From Thermoproteota archaeon (GTDB taxonomy: Archaea; Thermoproteota; EX4484-205; JAAOZO01): a DNA stretch of 64,000 nucleotides. The translations under genes and the position numbers were made by a program. Positions within the stretch are counted from its first letter, which is position 1. Every line of letters starts with the position of its first letter. This document shows, in pieces, positions 20,055 to 30,176 of the stretch. The stretch is from contig JBGOYZ010000002.1 in NCBI GenBank assembly GCA_041479945.1, positions 7,472 through 71,471 of the forward strand, given 5' to 3'. The notes under the pieces were generated by a model that worked only from the letters and a program-made list of their open reading frames with translations, did not search any database and had not been told where the DNA came from.

Positions 20055-21167
20055 TTGATACGGTCTGCAGGTTACAGCAAGAGCAGGGCAAAAGAGGTCC
20101 TCATTGAGAACAAGCTTGATGCATACGTAGTCGGGTCTCCAGAGAACGTCTTCTACGTCAGCGGGTTTCCGATCAGACACTCCTCGGCGAACCCCGCCCC
20201 GTACGTACTGGAGAACCAGTACCCGGCCTTCTGTGTCATTGATCGCGAGGGAGAGGTCACGTTGGTCGCGTGGATGGCTGCCCTTAGAGACAGGGAGTTC
20301 GACGTGAAGGAAACGGTGCCAACGATTGATGCTGGGGGCGCGATCGAGGAGCTGCTCTCGGCTGTGAGCGCCGCCTCAGGCTCCAATGCAGCAGTGGGGG
20401 TCGATAGGAGGTTCCCGGCCTTTGCCTACAGCTCTTTGATACAAGAGCCAAAGGTGGGGAGGGTGGTCGTCGATGAGAACCCAATACTGAAGCTGAGGCT
20501 CAAGAAATCGGCAGAGGAGAAGAGCAGGATCCTGAAGGGCACGGATATCACGGAGCGCGCCATCGAGTCAACTGCGAAGATTATCAAGGAGGGAGCTTCT
20601 GACTTGGACATTATACTGGCCTCGAAGCGTGTCATGATGGAGCTTGGAGCGGATGCCTGTGACCATGCTACCATACCGATCGGTGACAGCAACCCGGAGA
20701 TCCCCGATGGCAGGGTGATCAAGAGGGGCGATATCGTCGGCCTTGATTTGGGTGCGATCTTCTCAGGCTACTCATCCGACACTCACAGGAAGTTCGCATT
20801 AGGCGACTTGAATCGAGCGTCGGTCGAGATGCAGACGAAGCTGATTGAGCTGGTGACGAAATGCGGACATAGGCTCAGGCCAGGGCAGAAGTTCTCTGAC
20901 ATCTACGACTACGCAGCCAGCCTGTATGAGGAGGCGGGCATCTCGTTTGTGTTTCCAAATGTGGGGCACAGCATCGGCATCCAGACGGAAGAGGCGAACC
21001 TGTCCTATGATTCTCCATTTGAAATTCAGGATGACATGGTGATCAACGTGGAACTGTACGGCGCATCCGAAGGGGCTGGATTCATGGGGCTAGAAGATAC
21101 CTTCTTGGTCGAATCCGGCGCATCAAAGAGAGTGACGAAGCTCCCTCAGGAGATCACTGTGGTTTAG
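20055..21167 (+). CDS. M24-family metallopeptidase (Xaa-Pro dipeptidase/creatinase-like)
   Basis: Creatinase-type N-terminal domain followed by a pita-bread catalytic domain with metal ligands (DLGA...H..G...E...E pattern). TTG start. Confidence 0.7.
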   Translation: MIRSAGYSKSRAKEVLIENKLDAYVVGSPENVFYVSGFPIRHSSANPAPYVLENQYPAFCVIDREGEVTLVAWMAALRDREFDVKETVPTIDAGGAIEELLSAVSAASGSNAAVGVDRRFPAFAYSSLIQEPKVGRVVVDENPILKLRLKKSAEEKSRILKGTDITERAIESTAKIIKEGASDLDIILASKRVMMELGADACDHATIPIGDSNPEIPDGRVIKRGDIVGLDLGAIFSGYSSDTHRKFALGDLNRASVEMQTKLIELVTKCGHRLRPGQKFSDIYDYAASLYEEAGISFVFPNVGHSIGIQTEEANLSYDSPFEIQDDMVINVELYGASEGAGFMGLEDTFLVESGASKRVTKLPQEITVV

Positions 21168-22461
21168 GTTGCTGGATCTTCTCCTTCACCCTCAAGACCA
21201 GTGCTATGCTGACCACGAAACAGAGAGCTGCGAACAGGAACACGGGCCTGTACCCCTTACCAGACCCTGGGATGTCTCGAGTCAGCTGCAGTATCAGGCC
21301 CGCTATCCCAGAGGAGACCGCCTGCGACCCTCCCATTGCCAAGTTCGAGAGCCCCATCGCTGCTCCGCCCATACCTGGAGGAGACAGATCGCTTGACATG
21401 GCTAGGCTGGTCGTCATGAACACTCCCATGCACGCGCCGAGCAAGGAACCGGCGGCTATCAGGCCAAGGACAGAGGAGACAGAGGCCATCACGACCATTG
21501 CGACTGCGCCCAAGATGCACGATAGTACGGTCAGTCCCTTCCTGCCAACCCGGTCAGAGAAAAGACCCGCGGGTATTCCGGACAGCATGGCCACAATGAG
21601 GACAGCAGCTCCCAGTGCAGCGACAAGGAACTCTGGGTTCTGTGCGCCGAGAACATCTGAGACGTAGTAGAGCGAGAAGAAGTTGAGGACATTTGTGCCA
21701 AGAAGCGCGAAGAACCTTGACGATGTCAGCACCAAAAGGTCCTTCGGTAGCCTTCTCAACGATTCCACGATTCCCTCGCCTCTCGGGTTCTGATCCTTTA
21801 GCGCGACGGGCTGCTCCTTGATGGCGAACACCGTCAAGACCATCGCTCCCAGAATCACAGCCGACGCAGATAGTATGGCGAGGTCTGTGTTTCCTGTCCC
21901 TACAAGATATCCCACACCAACAAACCCCAGTAGACTGCCAATGAACTGGAATAGACTGATGACTCCAGAAGCTAGGCCAGTTTTCTCAGCCGGGACCAGG
22001 TCTGGAAGCAGGCCGAAGTATGCTCCGGTCGCGATGTTCTCCGAGATCTGTAGCAGGACGAATCCTATGAAAAGAAACGTGAAGTCTTGAGCGTACCTCA
22101 CCAACATCAGGGAGGCGGCCGCCATGACAGCCCCGATGATTATGAACGGCCTCCTACGGCCCATCTTGAACGTGGCCCTGTCGCTGATCGTTCCAGAAAT
22201 GATGCCCATCGTCGTACCTATCATCACTCCCACGAATGCAGTTGTGCCCATGACGAGCGCAAGCTGATCCGCAGGGACCAACTCCTTCGCCCCCTTTGGG
22301 TAGATTATCGAATTGAACCCGTTCCAGAGGAAGGAATCGGCTAGCATGTAGATGCTCAAGGCGATGAGAAAGGTCTTGGTGATGTTCGCACCCTGACTTG
22401 AGGCGTTCGCCCGCTTCACATCACAGAAATCCTTCTGAAACTTATAAGAGTTCAACCACAT
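21154..22461 (-). CDS. MFS transporter
   Basis: About 12 TM helices and an MFS motif GRRRPFIIIGA. Confidence 0.75.
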   Translation of the reverse strand: MWLNSYKFQKDFCDVKRANASSQGANITKTFLIALSIYMLADSFLWNGFNSIIYPKGAKELVPADQLALVMGTTAFVGVMIGTTMGIISGTISDRATFKMGRRRPFIIIGAVMAAASLMLVRYAQDFTFLFIGFVLLQISENIATGAYFGLLPDLVPAEKTGLASGVISLFQFIGSLLGFVGVGYLVGTGNTDLAILSASAVILGAMVLTVFAIKEQPVALKDQNPRGEGIVESLRRLPKDLLVLTSSRFFALLGTNVLNFFSLYYVSDVLGAQNPEFLVAALGAAVLIVAMLSGIPAGLFSDRVGRKGLTVLSCILGAVAMVVMASVSSVLGLIAAGSLLGACMGVFMTTSLAMSSDLSPPGMGGAAMGLSNLAMGGSQAVSSGIAGLILQLTRDIPGSGKGYRPVFLFAALCFVVSIALVLRVKEKIQQPKPQ

Positions 22462-22472
22462 GTGGTGAACGA

Positions 22473-23537
22473 ATGCCGGAAAGAAAGCTCAATGTCGGCT
22501 TCATCGGTGCTGGTATGATCTCAAGGGTTCACGCGCTGGGTTACTTGAGGAACGACAGGGCTAGGATAGTCGCAGTCTGCGACATCGACAAACAGCTGGC
22601 AGCTCAGAGGGCGGGGCAGTGGGGTGCGAAGAAGACATACGCAGACTACCGCGAGCTGCTGAAGGACCCAGAAGTGGAGGCCGTTGAGATTCTGCTCCCG
22701 CATCACCTTCACGCGAGTGTGGCCATCGAGGCTGCTGAGGCGGGAAAACACATCTCGATGCAGAAACCCATCGCGATGACCCTGAATGAAGCGGACCAAG
22801 TCATCTCAGCCGTCAGGAAGAGTGGCGTCAAGTTCAACATAGCGGAGATCTATTCGTTCTACCCACCGATCCTGAAGGCCTCCGAGCTGATCGCGAACGA
22901 GGAGGTCGGCTCGCCCAGCATGATCAGAATCCAGAGCCTGAACGGAATCGGCGCAGTTGAAGAATGGCAGGAGCCTACCGAGGGCAAGGATGCTTGGAGA
23001 CTGGACAAGGGGCTGAGCGGAGGGCTGATCTTTGATGACATACCCCATCACTACTTCGCCACTCAGAGACTGCTACCTGGGAAGATCGAAGCCGTCTTCT
23101 CGTTGATGTCCTACGTTGATTCTCCCATCGAATACCCCGCTGTCGTGGTCTGGAAGTACGCCGACAGGGACACGTACTGCGTCCTCACGTACCCTTTCTT
23201 CACGATGCTGAAAATGAAGACAAAGTACTACTCCCTCAACGAATCGTACGAGGTGGTCGGTGATGAGGGCCTGCTTAGGATGAGCCACATATCGGGTGAG
23301 CTCTCGCCAGAACCACCTCTCACCTTAAGGAAAAGGGATGAGACGATTCAGTTCTTGGATATCGTCGATGACTGGTCCGAAGGCTTCGTCAATGAGGTCG
23401 CTCACTTTGTGGAATGCGTGCTCGACGACAAGGAGCCATACATAGGTTTGGACAGGGCTAGGGAGCAGCTTGCCTTCACGCTCTCTGCCTACAGGTCAGC
23501 TTCTGAAGGTAGAAAGGTCTCGCCGACCGAAATGTGA
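22473..23537 (+). CDS. Gfo/Idh/MocA-family NAD(P)-dependent oxidoreductase
   Basis: N-terminal Rossmann GFIGAGMISRVH and EKP motif. ATG at 22473 (MPERKLNV...). Confidence 0.8.
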   Translation: MPERKLNVGFIGAGMISRVHALGYLRNDRARIVAVCDIDKQLAAQRAGQWGAKKTYADYRELLKDPEVEAVEILLPHHLHASVAIEAAEAGKHISMQKPIAMTLNEADQVISAVRKSGVKFNIAEIYSFYPPILKASELIANEEVGSPSMIRIQSLNGIGAVEEWQEPTEGKDAWRLDKGLSGGLIFDDIPHHYFATQRLLPGKIEAVFSLMSYVDSPIEYPAVVVWKYADRDTYCVLTYPFFTMLKMKTKYYSLNESYEVVGDEGLLRMSHISGELSPEPPLTLRKRDETIQFLDIVDDWSEGFVNEVAHFVECVLDDKEPYIGLDRAREQLAFTLSAYRSASEGRKVSPTEM

Positions 23538-23611
23538 GACCAGACAGTTAGGAGTCTCCGAGTCTGTGCGTTGGCTACATGCAGCTCTCAATCTCATCCT
23601 CGCTCAAGTGT

Positions 23612-24379
23612 CTACTTGTCGTCGCTGATGACGAACCCCCGCTTTGCCAGCTGTCTTCTCTGGGTCGCCTGTGAGTCATGCCACAGACCAAGCTTGCGCG
23701 AGATGTGTTCCGTCCAGCTGTAGTCCTTGAACGTGTAGGTCTCCTTGCACTTTCTCTGGAGTGGGATAATCAGCTTCGCCTTCCTGTAGTAGTCCTGTGC
23801 GAGATAGCCCTCGTCCATCACCTTCATCGCCCTCGCAATGGTTGCATCGTTGAGCTTCGGGTATTCGTCCTCGAAGAGCACGAAGTCTAGCGGGTAACGC
23901 GGCCTTGTCAGTGGTTCCTCGGCCGGATAGCCCATCGCCAGTTGTACTATGGGATAGACGTGCTTCGGCAGCTTGTACTGCTTCGCGACTCCAGAAGGAT
24001 TTGCGAGCACACCTCCTAGGAAGCAGGTGCCAAGCCCGAGGCTACGTGCCGCGACGACCATGTTCTGGGCCATGTAGGATGCGTCCTCAATCCCGAACAT
24101 CAACATCGTCAGGTCGTTCGTGACCCTCTTCCAGCCGCGCTTGGCCATGATCCGCTCGAACTTGTGAAAGTCAACACATATTGTGAAAAGAAGGGGTGCT
24201 TTGAACGGGTTCTTCCCGCGCTTGCGAGACAACAGCACGCTGTAGATCTGGTAGGCGAACGGTGCCTGTTGCCCGGCACGTACTACGGTCTCGACAACTT
24301 CATCACTCGGTGTCCTATCCGCATAACTACGGATGGACCTGTGCTCAAGCATAGTTTTGATGACGGGATTCTCGATCAT
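23612..24379 (-). CDS. Nitroreductase-family protein
   Basis: HRSIRSY motif and nitroreductase-fold blocks. Start likely MIENPV. Confidence 0.65.
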   Translation of the reverse strand: MIENPVIKTMLEHRSIRSYADRTPSDEVVETVVRAGQQAPFAYQIYSVLLSRKRGKNPFKAPLLFTICVDFHKFERIMAKRGWKRVTNDLTMLMFGIEDASYMAQNMVVAARSLGLGTCFLGGVLANPSGVAKQYKLPKHVYPIVQLAMGYPAEEPLTRPRYPLDFVLFEDEYPKLNDATIARAMKVMDEGYLAQDYYRKAKLIIPLQRKCKETYTFKDYSWTEHISRKLGLWHDSQATQRRQLAKRGFVISDDK

Positions 24380-24459
24380 GTTATCACCAGATGCTGTCGA
24401 CAGCAGAACACACATAAATCATTTCCGTCGGCGCGCGGTATCCCCCCGTACGTCGATAG

Positions 24460-25284
24460 TCACCCAGTGGAGATCACTTTCTCTACCTGTTGAGGGGTAG
24501 CGATTTCCCTTCCCTTCTCTTCCACAATCTTGACTGCCCGCCTTACAAGTGCGGTGTTGTCAGTCGCGACTGAACCGTCAATATCGAACGGGCAGTCTTC
24601 CGTCCCCACTCTGATGTTGTTGTCGATGGAGATCGCCTCGGACATGAAATCCCAAGTGTTCCTGCCCATTGCGCTGACACTGCAGATTGAGCCGGAAGGC
24701 ACGGACCCTGTCCTGTACCACAATTCGTCCAGAGTGATGGGCGTCCAGTTGCCGCCGGGCCATCCGAAGAAGAGAGTCAACCAGTATGGCTTGTCGAGCA
24801 CTCCCTTCTGTATCAAGTAGTTCAGGGTCCAGATAGAACCGTGATGCCAGACCTCGAACTCTGGCCTGACACCGAACTTTCTGCACTTGTCAGCATAGGA
24901 GAGCAGTTCCTCCCGCGTGTGAATAGCATACACATCTTGGTTGACAAAGGCCTCGTCGTGTTGCCCCAGCATGACTGAAATCATGTCCGGCCTAGACTCG
25001 AAGGCGTCAGATCTCTGTTCAATCGGGTAGCTGGACATCCCTGCTTGGATGAGTATGTCTGTCGTCTTTCTTATCTCACTAACCAACTTTTTCCACTCCC
25101 CGGGCTTTGCATGGACGTGAGCGATCGCCGCACCCGCCTCTCTGCACCGTGCCGCTGTCTCCGCAGTCTCTTCAATCGTCGTCGGTGCATTCTTGGCCTC
25201 AGGGAACATCCAGCTGCGCGCCAACGTGACTGTAATGGCCACCTTGCTCCCGAGCAGGCTGCTACTTGGCAACCCAGCCACCAT
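24460..25284 (-). CDS. Beta-keto acid cleavage enzyme (BKACE/DUF849; 3-keto-5-aminohexanoate cleavage enzyme-like)
   Basis: TIM-barrel BKACE blocks: ITVTLAR..P.T.EE.AE.A..C.EAGAAIAHVH and later GxEDC. Confidence 0.7.
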   Translation of the reverse strand: MVAGLPSSSLLGSKVAITVTLARSWMFPEAKNAPTTIEETAETAARCREAGAAIAHVHAKPGEWKKLVSEIRKTTDILIQAGMSSYPIEQRSDAFESRPDMISVMLGQHDEAFVNQDVYAIHTREELLSYADKCRKFGVRPEFEVWHHGSIWTLNYLIQKGVLDKPYWLTLFFGWPGGNWTPITLDELWYRTGSVPSGSICSVSAMGRNTWDFMSEAISIDNNIRVGTEDCPFDIDGSVATDNTALVRRAVKIVEEKGREIATPQQVEKVISTG

Positions 25285-26044
25285 CGACTAGGACGTCCGC
25301 TCCGGTCATGTATGACGCGCTATCTGAGCAAAGGAACGCTATGATCGGGGCTATCTCGTCCGGACTGGAGATGCGTTTCACGACGCTTTCACTCGCAAAC
25401 TCCTGCCTCACTTCATCCAGCGGGACGCCTCTTGCCTTTGACTGCTTGTCCATGTCAGATCTCAGCATCGGAGTGTCCACCGCGCCGGGACTCACGCTGT
25501 TCACCCTGATGTTGTGCGAGGCCAACTCCACTGCCATTGCACGAGTCATGCTTAGGACTGCCCCCTTGGTTCCAGCGTAGGCTGCATGCTTGGGCTGGCC
25601 TATGTGGGCAGACACTGAAGCCACGTTTACTATGACGCCTCCGCCCTGCTTCTTCATGATAGGAATGACCTCTTTGGAGCAGAAGAAGGCTCCCTTGTAG
25701 TTGACGTTCACTACCCTGTCGAAGTCATTCTCCTCGGTGCTTTCGATGTCGGATATGAGCACGACGCCCGCGTTGTTGACAAGCGCGTCAATCCTTCCGA
25801 ACCTCCCCACGACCTTCGAGATCATGTTCGAGACATCAGACACTTTCGAGACGTCTGCCTTCACGAACATCGCATCCTTGCCCTTCTTCTTGATCTCGGC
25901 CGTCGTTGCGTTTCCGAGCTCCTCGTTGACATCAGCTATCGCCAGGGTTGCCCCCTTGTCTGCCATAAGAAGTGCGGTAGCCCTTCCGATGCCGACGGCT
26001 CCACCCGTTATCACGACGACCTTGCCGGAGAGTTCGCTGCTCAT
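25262..26044 (-). CDS. SDR-family oxidoreductase
   Basis: TGGAVGIGRA cofactor motif, NNAG, catalytic YxxxK (YAGTK). Confidence 0.85.
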   Translation of the reverse strand: MSSELSGKVVVITGGAVGIGRATALLMADKGATLAIADVNEELGNATTAEIKKKGKDAMFVKADVSKVSDVSNMISKVVGRFGRIDALVNNAGVVLISDIESTEENDFDRVVNVNYKGAFFCSKEVIPIMKKQGGGVIVNVASVSAHIGQPKHAAYAGTKGAVLSMTRAMAVELASHNIRVNSVSPGAVDTPMLRSDMDKQSKARGVPLDEVRQEFASESVVKRISSPDEIAPIIAFLCSDSASYMTGADVLVDGGWVAK

Positions 26045-26142
26045 TCCCGGTAAGTGGATGGCTCATTCAATAAAAGAGTTTGCAGCCCGAGCGGCCGCGG
26101 GTTCGTTAAAGTCTTTTATGAACTCGTCCTTTCGCTATAACT

Positions 26143-27639
26143 GTGAAGGAGTACGTTCTCGTCATTGAGCTGACGACCCGCGCTGTTCATTCCCATCTTG
26201 TGTCTCAATCGGGCGAGGTGGTACACACAACCAACTATCCGCTTGAGACGAGAGTGCCGAACCAAGATAGGCAGTACATTACAGAACTGGATCCTAGGAG
26301 ACTGTGGCTATCTATCTGCAGTTCGGTTGCCGACTGCGTCAAGCGCGCGAAGGGCGGCAATATTGTTGCCGTCACGACCACCTCGCAGAGACTGACGACC
26401 GCAGTGATCGACAAGGAAGGAGAGACTTCCGCTATGTGCCCAAACACTGATGCCAGGGGAGCCGAGATGGATGACGTGATCACTGGGTCGCTGGGCGCCG
26501 CCGCCTATGAAACGACTGGGCTCCACCCGCCATTCCTCTTCAGCGTGGACAGAATCAGGTGGTTCAAGTCGAACGAGCCGAATGTCTTCGAGAGCATGAA
26601 GTATGTGACGACTATTGACGGATGGATCTACTTCAAGCTCACAGGTGAGCCAGCCGAAGAACCGTCGCAAGCTGCGGGCACGATGCTGTTCGACATCAAG
26701 AGAAGGGAGTGGTGGGAAGAGACGGTCAGGATTGCGGGGGTTGACATGGACAAGTTGCCCAAGGTGGTGAGCTTCGGTGGACTAGTTGGGTACCCAACGG
26801 AAGAATTCCACAATCTGACCGGGATACCTTCCCGCACGCCTGTCATAATGGGTGCCGGCGATACGCAATGCTCGGGAGTGGGTTCCTCCGTCACATCGCC
26901 CGGCCAGGCCTTCGTCTCACTTGGTTCCACAGCTCCATTGCAGATGGTGATGCCAGAGCCGCGCGTTGATAGGGAGAAGAGGATGTGGACGAGCTGCTAC
27001 CCGATAGACAACCAATGGGTGCTGGAGAGCAACTCCGGCATGTGTGGAGCCATTTTCGATTGGTTGGCTCTATCTGTTCTGCAGGTCTCAAGAGCCAGTG
27101 GGGTTGATTACGGTCGTTTCGATGAATTGGCAAAGTCGGCTCCACGGGGCTCTCTTGATGTCAACGCGTTCCTAGGCCCGTCCATCATGGATGCAAAGGC
27201 CTTCACCCAAGTGTCTCCTGCCACAATAGTGATGCCCTCACTGTTGATCGGAAAGCGGCCCGGAGCACCTGAGATCGCCAGAGCCTGCTACGAAGACATA
27301 GCGTATGCCTGCAGAGGTAATCTGGACCAGATGAAAGAGGTCTGGCCTACAACCGAACTGAGCTTGAGGGCAGGCGGCGGCCTCTCCAAGAGCGGTGTAC
27401 TCATGCAGGTGCTGGCTGATGTGCTTGCCACGCCTGTGATCACCCCAGTCGAAAGCCGCGCAAGCGCAGTGGGCGCTTCCATTGCAGCTTGGTCTCACTT
27501 GCGATCGAAGAGGCCGAAGGACATCATCGGCGAAATGGTAAGCACCAAGACAACAGCTCCGACGAAGGATTCCGAGCCCTATCAGTCAGACTACAGGAGA
27601 TGGAGGCTTATATATGACAAGGTTCGCGAGCTGATGTAA
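26143..27639 (+). CDS. FGGY-family carbohydrate kinase (ketose/pentulose kinase-like)
   Basis: N- and C-terminal FGGY domains (GAGDTQCSGVGS glycine loop). Immediately followed (3-bp gap) by a class II aldolase. Confidence 0.8.
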   Translation: MKEYVLVIELTTRAVHSHLVSQSGEVVHTTNYPLETRVPNQDRQYITELDPRRLWLSICSSVADCVKRAKGGNIVAVTTTSQRLTTAVIDKEGETSAMCPNTDARGAEMDDVITGSLGAAAYETTGLHPPFLFSVDRIRWFKSNEPNVFESMKYVTTIDGWIYFKLTGEPAEEPSQAAGTMLFDIKRREWWEETVRIAGVDMDKLPKVVSFGGLVGYPTEEFHNLTGIPSRTPVIMGAGDTQCSGVGSSVTSPGQAFVSLGSTAPLQMVMPEPRVDREKRMWTSCYPIDNQWVLESNSGMCGAIFDWLALSVLQVSRASGVDYGRFDELAKSAPRGSLDVNAFLGPSIMDAKAFTQVSPATIVMPSLLIGKRPGAPEIARACYEDIAYACRGNLDQMKEVWPTTELSLRAGGGLSKSGVLMQVLADVLATPVITPVESRASAVGASIAAWSHLRSKRPKDIIGEMVSTKTTAPTKDSEPYQSDYRRWRLIYDKVRELM

Positions 27640-27641
27640 TC

Positions 27642-28286
27642 ATGGCTTCACTCGGTCCGTTGAAGGAAAGCGTCGCGAAGATGATGAGGAAGCTCTATGA
27701 CATCGGATACGTGCTGGACAAGGAAGGGAATGTGAGCGTCAGAACTGACTTTGCGGACCGGTATGTCATTTCCCCGAGTCAGGTACCCCGCTACCTAATC
27801 AAGGCGAGCGACATCTTGGTGATGAACGGCAACGGCGACGTGATTCAGGGCAAGAGAAATCCCTCGGTGGAGACAGGGATGCATCTGCTGATATACTCCA
27901 AGAGGCCCGATGTCCATTCCGTGATCCATTTCCACTCACTGCACGCCACAGCACTGGCCTCACTTCACGAGACCATACCTCCCTTCCTCGAAGAGCTGGG
28001 CCCATTCCTGGGGGAGAGCATCCCAACGGTTGGATACGCCATGTCGGGTACTGAAGAACTAGCTGCCAATGTGGCAGCCGGCCTGACGGACAGGAACGCG
28101 GTATTGCTCGCCAATCACGGCGCGTTGGTCTGTGGCAAGGATCTACAGGACGCGTTTGACAAGGCGTTGTTGCTCGAGAAAGCTGCGACCATCTACACAT
28201 TGGCGAGGAGCATGGGCACACCCAAGATGCTACCTGAGTCCACGATCGAGATCGGTCGCGAGCTGTTCAAGACGAATCTGATGTAG
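27642..28286 (+). CDS. Class II aldolase/adducin-family protein (fuculose-/ribulose-phosphate aldolase or epimerase-like)
   Basis: Zn-ligand histidines in IHFHSLH...ANHG pattern. Length 214 aa. Confidence 0.8.
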   Translation: MASLGPLKESVAKMMRKLYDIGYVLDKEGNVSVRTDFADRYVISPSQVPRYLIKASDILVMNGNGDVIQGKRNPSVETGMHLLIYSKRPDVHSVIHFHSLHATALASLHETIPPFLEELGPFLGESIPTVGYAMSGTEELAANVAAGLTDRNAVLLANHGALVCGKDLQDAFDKALLLEKAATIYTLARSMGTPKMLPESTIEIGRELFKTNLM

Positions 28287-28290
28287 ACGG

Positions 28291-28626
28291 TCACATCAAC
28301 CTTTGTAGCTTTAGGAGGTCGGGCATCGCACCCTTGACCTTGAGCTTTCCTGACATGTAGGCCTGGGTGCCGCTTATCGTCTTGTTCCTTATCCCCAAGA
28401 AGGTGGCGCTGTCCATCTCAACGGCTATGTTAGGCTTCTCCACGGTCCCTTCCTTCAGCGTAGCGCTCGCGTCTTCAGTGATGCTCAGGACATAGGTGAC
28501 ATTGAGGTCAGGGAATTTGAACTGCATATCCCTCTTGAAACCCTTGAATTTCTCCTTCATGTCTGTTTCATCGAACTTCTTCCTGATCCCGTCAAGAGAT
28601 TCGAATACCTGCTCCTTGGTAGGCAT
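28291..28626 (-). CDS. SCP2 sterol-carrier-like domain protein
   Basis: 111 aa with C-terminal GKLKVKGAMPDLLKLQ typical of the SCP-2 fold. Confidence 0.6.
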   Translation of the reverse strand: MPTKEQVFESLDGIRKKFDETDMKEKFKGFKRDMQFKFPDLNVTYVLSITEDASATLKEGTVEKPNIAVEMDSATFLGIRNKTISGTQAYMSGKLKVKGAMPDLLKLQRLM

Positions 28627-28648
28627 GAGTTCAACGGGTCGATTTTCT

Positions 28649-28656
28649 ATTTAAAT
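28649..28656 (+). promoter_or_regulatory. Archaeal TATA box TTTAAATA upstream of the aldehyde dehydrogenase gene
   Basis: Canonical archaeal TATA 33 bp upstream of the ATG at 28689, consistent with a leaderless or short-leader mRNA. Confidence 0.5.
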
Positions 28657-28688
28657 ATGAAGCATGAAGATGTGTTTCTTTGTCAGTC

Positions 28689-30170
28689 ATGGAACTTGTG
28701 AAGTCGTTCATAAGTGGTCAGTGGAAGATCCCGCGCGGTAGGAAGATCCCGAAGGTAAATCCAGCCACAGAAGAAGTCATTCACAAGGTTCCGATAGTCA
28801 CGACATCCGATCTGAGATCGGCATTAGCGTCATCGAGGAAAGCCTTCGGACAGTGGAGCAAGACTCCTGTGGACCAAAGGGCTGAGGTCTTGAGGAAGAT
28901 CAGCCAGTTGATTCCCGACAAGATGGATGACATATCTAGAGTCATTACCTTGGAAAACGGCAAGCCGATCGTCGAATCCAACATGGAAATGCTGGGCGCT
29001 CAGATGTACGCTGACTACTACGCAGCTGAGGCTCAACAGCTGCTTCAGGACGAAGTGAGAGTGGTCGATTTCCCCCAGACCGGTAACTACGAGTTCAGGA
29101 CGACCTTCGAACCGCTCGGTGTAGTGGCTGTCATCGCGCCTTGGAATTGGCCCTTCCTGATCTCCATGCAGACCATTCTTCCGGCCATTCTAGCAGGCGA
29201 CTCGGTCGTGTACAAGCCGTCCTCCCTGACCGCAATGGTCGGACAGAAGATAACGGAATTGCTTCTGGAGGCGGGTCTCCCGGACGGCGTGTTGAATCTG
29301 GTTCAAGGTGACGGGAAAGTCGGGGATCTGCTTGTTCGGTCGGGCGTAGAGGCAGTTGTGTTCACTGGGGGCAACGAGGTCGGAAGTCAAGTGGCACTCA
29401 ATTGCGCAAAGGGATTGAAGAGAGCGGTCCTGGAACTAGGCGGGAGCGATCCCTTCATAGTACTCGATGATGCTCAGATGGACGAGGCAGTGAACGGTGC
29501 GATATACGGGAGATTCTTCGGTGCTGGTCAGATCTGTGTCTCCGCAAAGAGGATTCTGGTACACAAGAATGTATTCGACGAGTTCGTCAACCGATTCACC
29601 GAAAAGACATCCGCCCTCAAGGTAGGCAACGGCATGGATCCCTCCACGGACATCGGCCCCCTGATCAGCAGAAACCAAAGAGACTACGTGACGAAAATCG
29701 TCAGACAGGCTGTCTCTGCAGACGCGAAGGTGAAATGTGGAGGATCTGCACCCGGTGACCTGAAGAAGGGCTTCTTCTACAGCCCGACCGTGCTCACGAA
29801 CGTGAAACCGTCAATGAAGCTAGTCACCGAGGAGATGTTCGGACCGGTGGCACCCGTGATGTCGTTTGAAGATGAGGAGCAGGCCATCGCTATGGCTAAC
29901 GCGACTCGATATGGCTTGGGTGCCTCCGTTTGGACGGCGGATCAGGACAAGGCTCTTCGTCTGTCACGTGACATAAAGTCCGGGATGGTCTGGATAAACG
30001 ACGTTGCGGTCACGTTTCCGCACGCTCCTTGGGGAGGAGTCAAGGAAAGTGGATTGGGTCGGCACTCTTCCAGATACGGTCTTTTGGAAATGGTGAACAT
30101 AAGGCAAATATGCATCAACAAGCTCAGGGAACCGACTAGGATGTGGTGGCTTCCATACGGCAAGAGTTGA
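28689..30170 (+). CDS. NAD(P)-dependent aldehyde dehydrogenase
   Basis: ALDH signatures: VLELGGSDP (glutamate active site) and FGAGQICVSAKR (cysteine active site). ATG at 28689 lies 33 bp downstream of TTTAAATA. Confidence 0.9.
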   Translation: MELVKSFISGQWKIPRGRKIPKVNPATEEVIHKVPIVTTSDLRSALASSRKAFGQWSKTPVDQRAEVLRKISQLIPDKMDDISRVITLENGKPIVESNMEMLGAQMYADYYAAEAQQLLQDEVRVVDFPQTGNYEFRTTFEPLGVVAVIAPWNWPFLISMQTILPAILAGDSVVYKPSSLTAMVGQKITELLLEAGLPDGVLNLVQGDGKVGDLLVRSGVEAVVFTGGNEVGSQVALNCAKGLKRAVLELGGSDPFIVLDDAQMDEAVNGAIYGRFFGAGQICVSAKRILVHKNVFDEFVNRFTEKTSALKVGNGMDPSTDIGPLISRNQRDYVTKIVRQAVSADAKVKCGGSAPGDLKKGFFYSPTVLTNVKPSMKLVTEEMFGPVAPVMSFEDEEQAIAMANATRYGLGASVWTADQDKALRLSRDIKSGMVWINDVAVTFPHAPWGGVKESGLGRHSSRYGLLEMVNIRQICINKLREPTRMWWLPYGKS

Positions 30171-30176
30171 AGCACC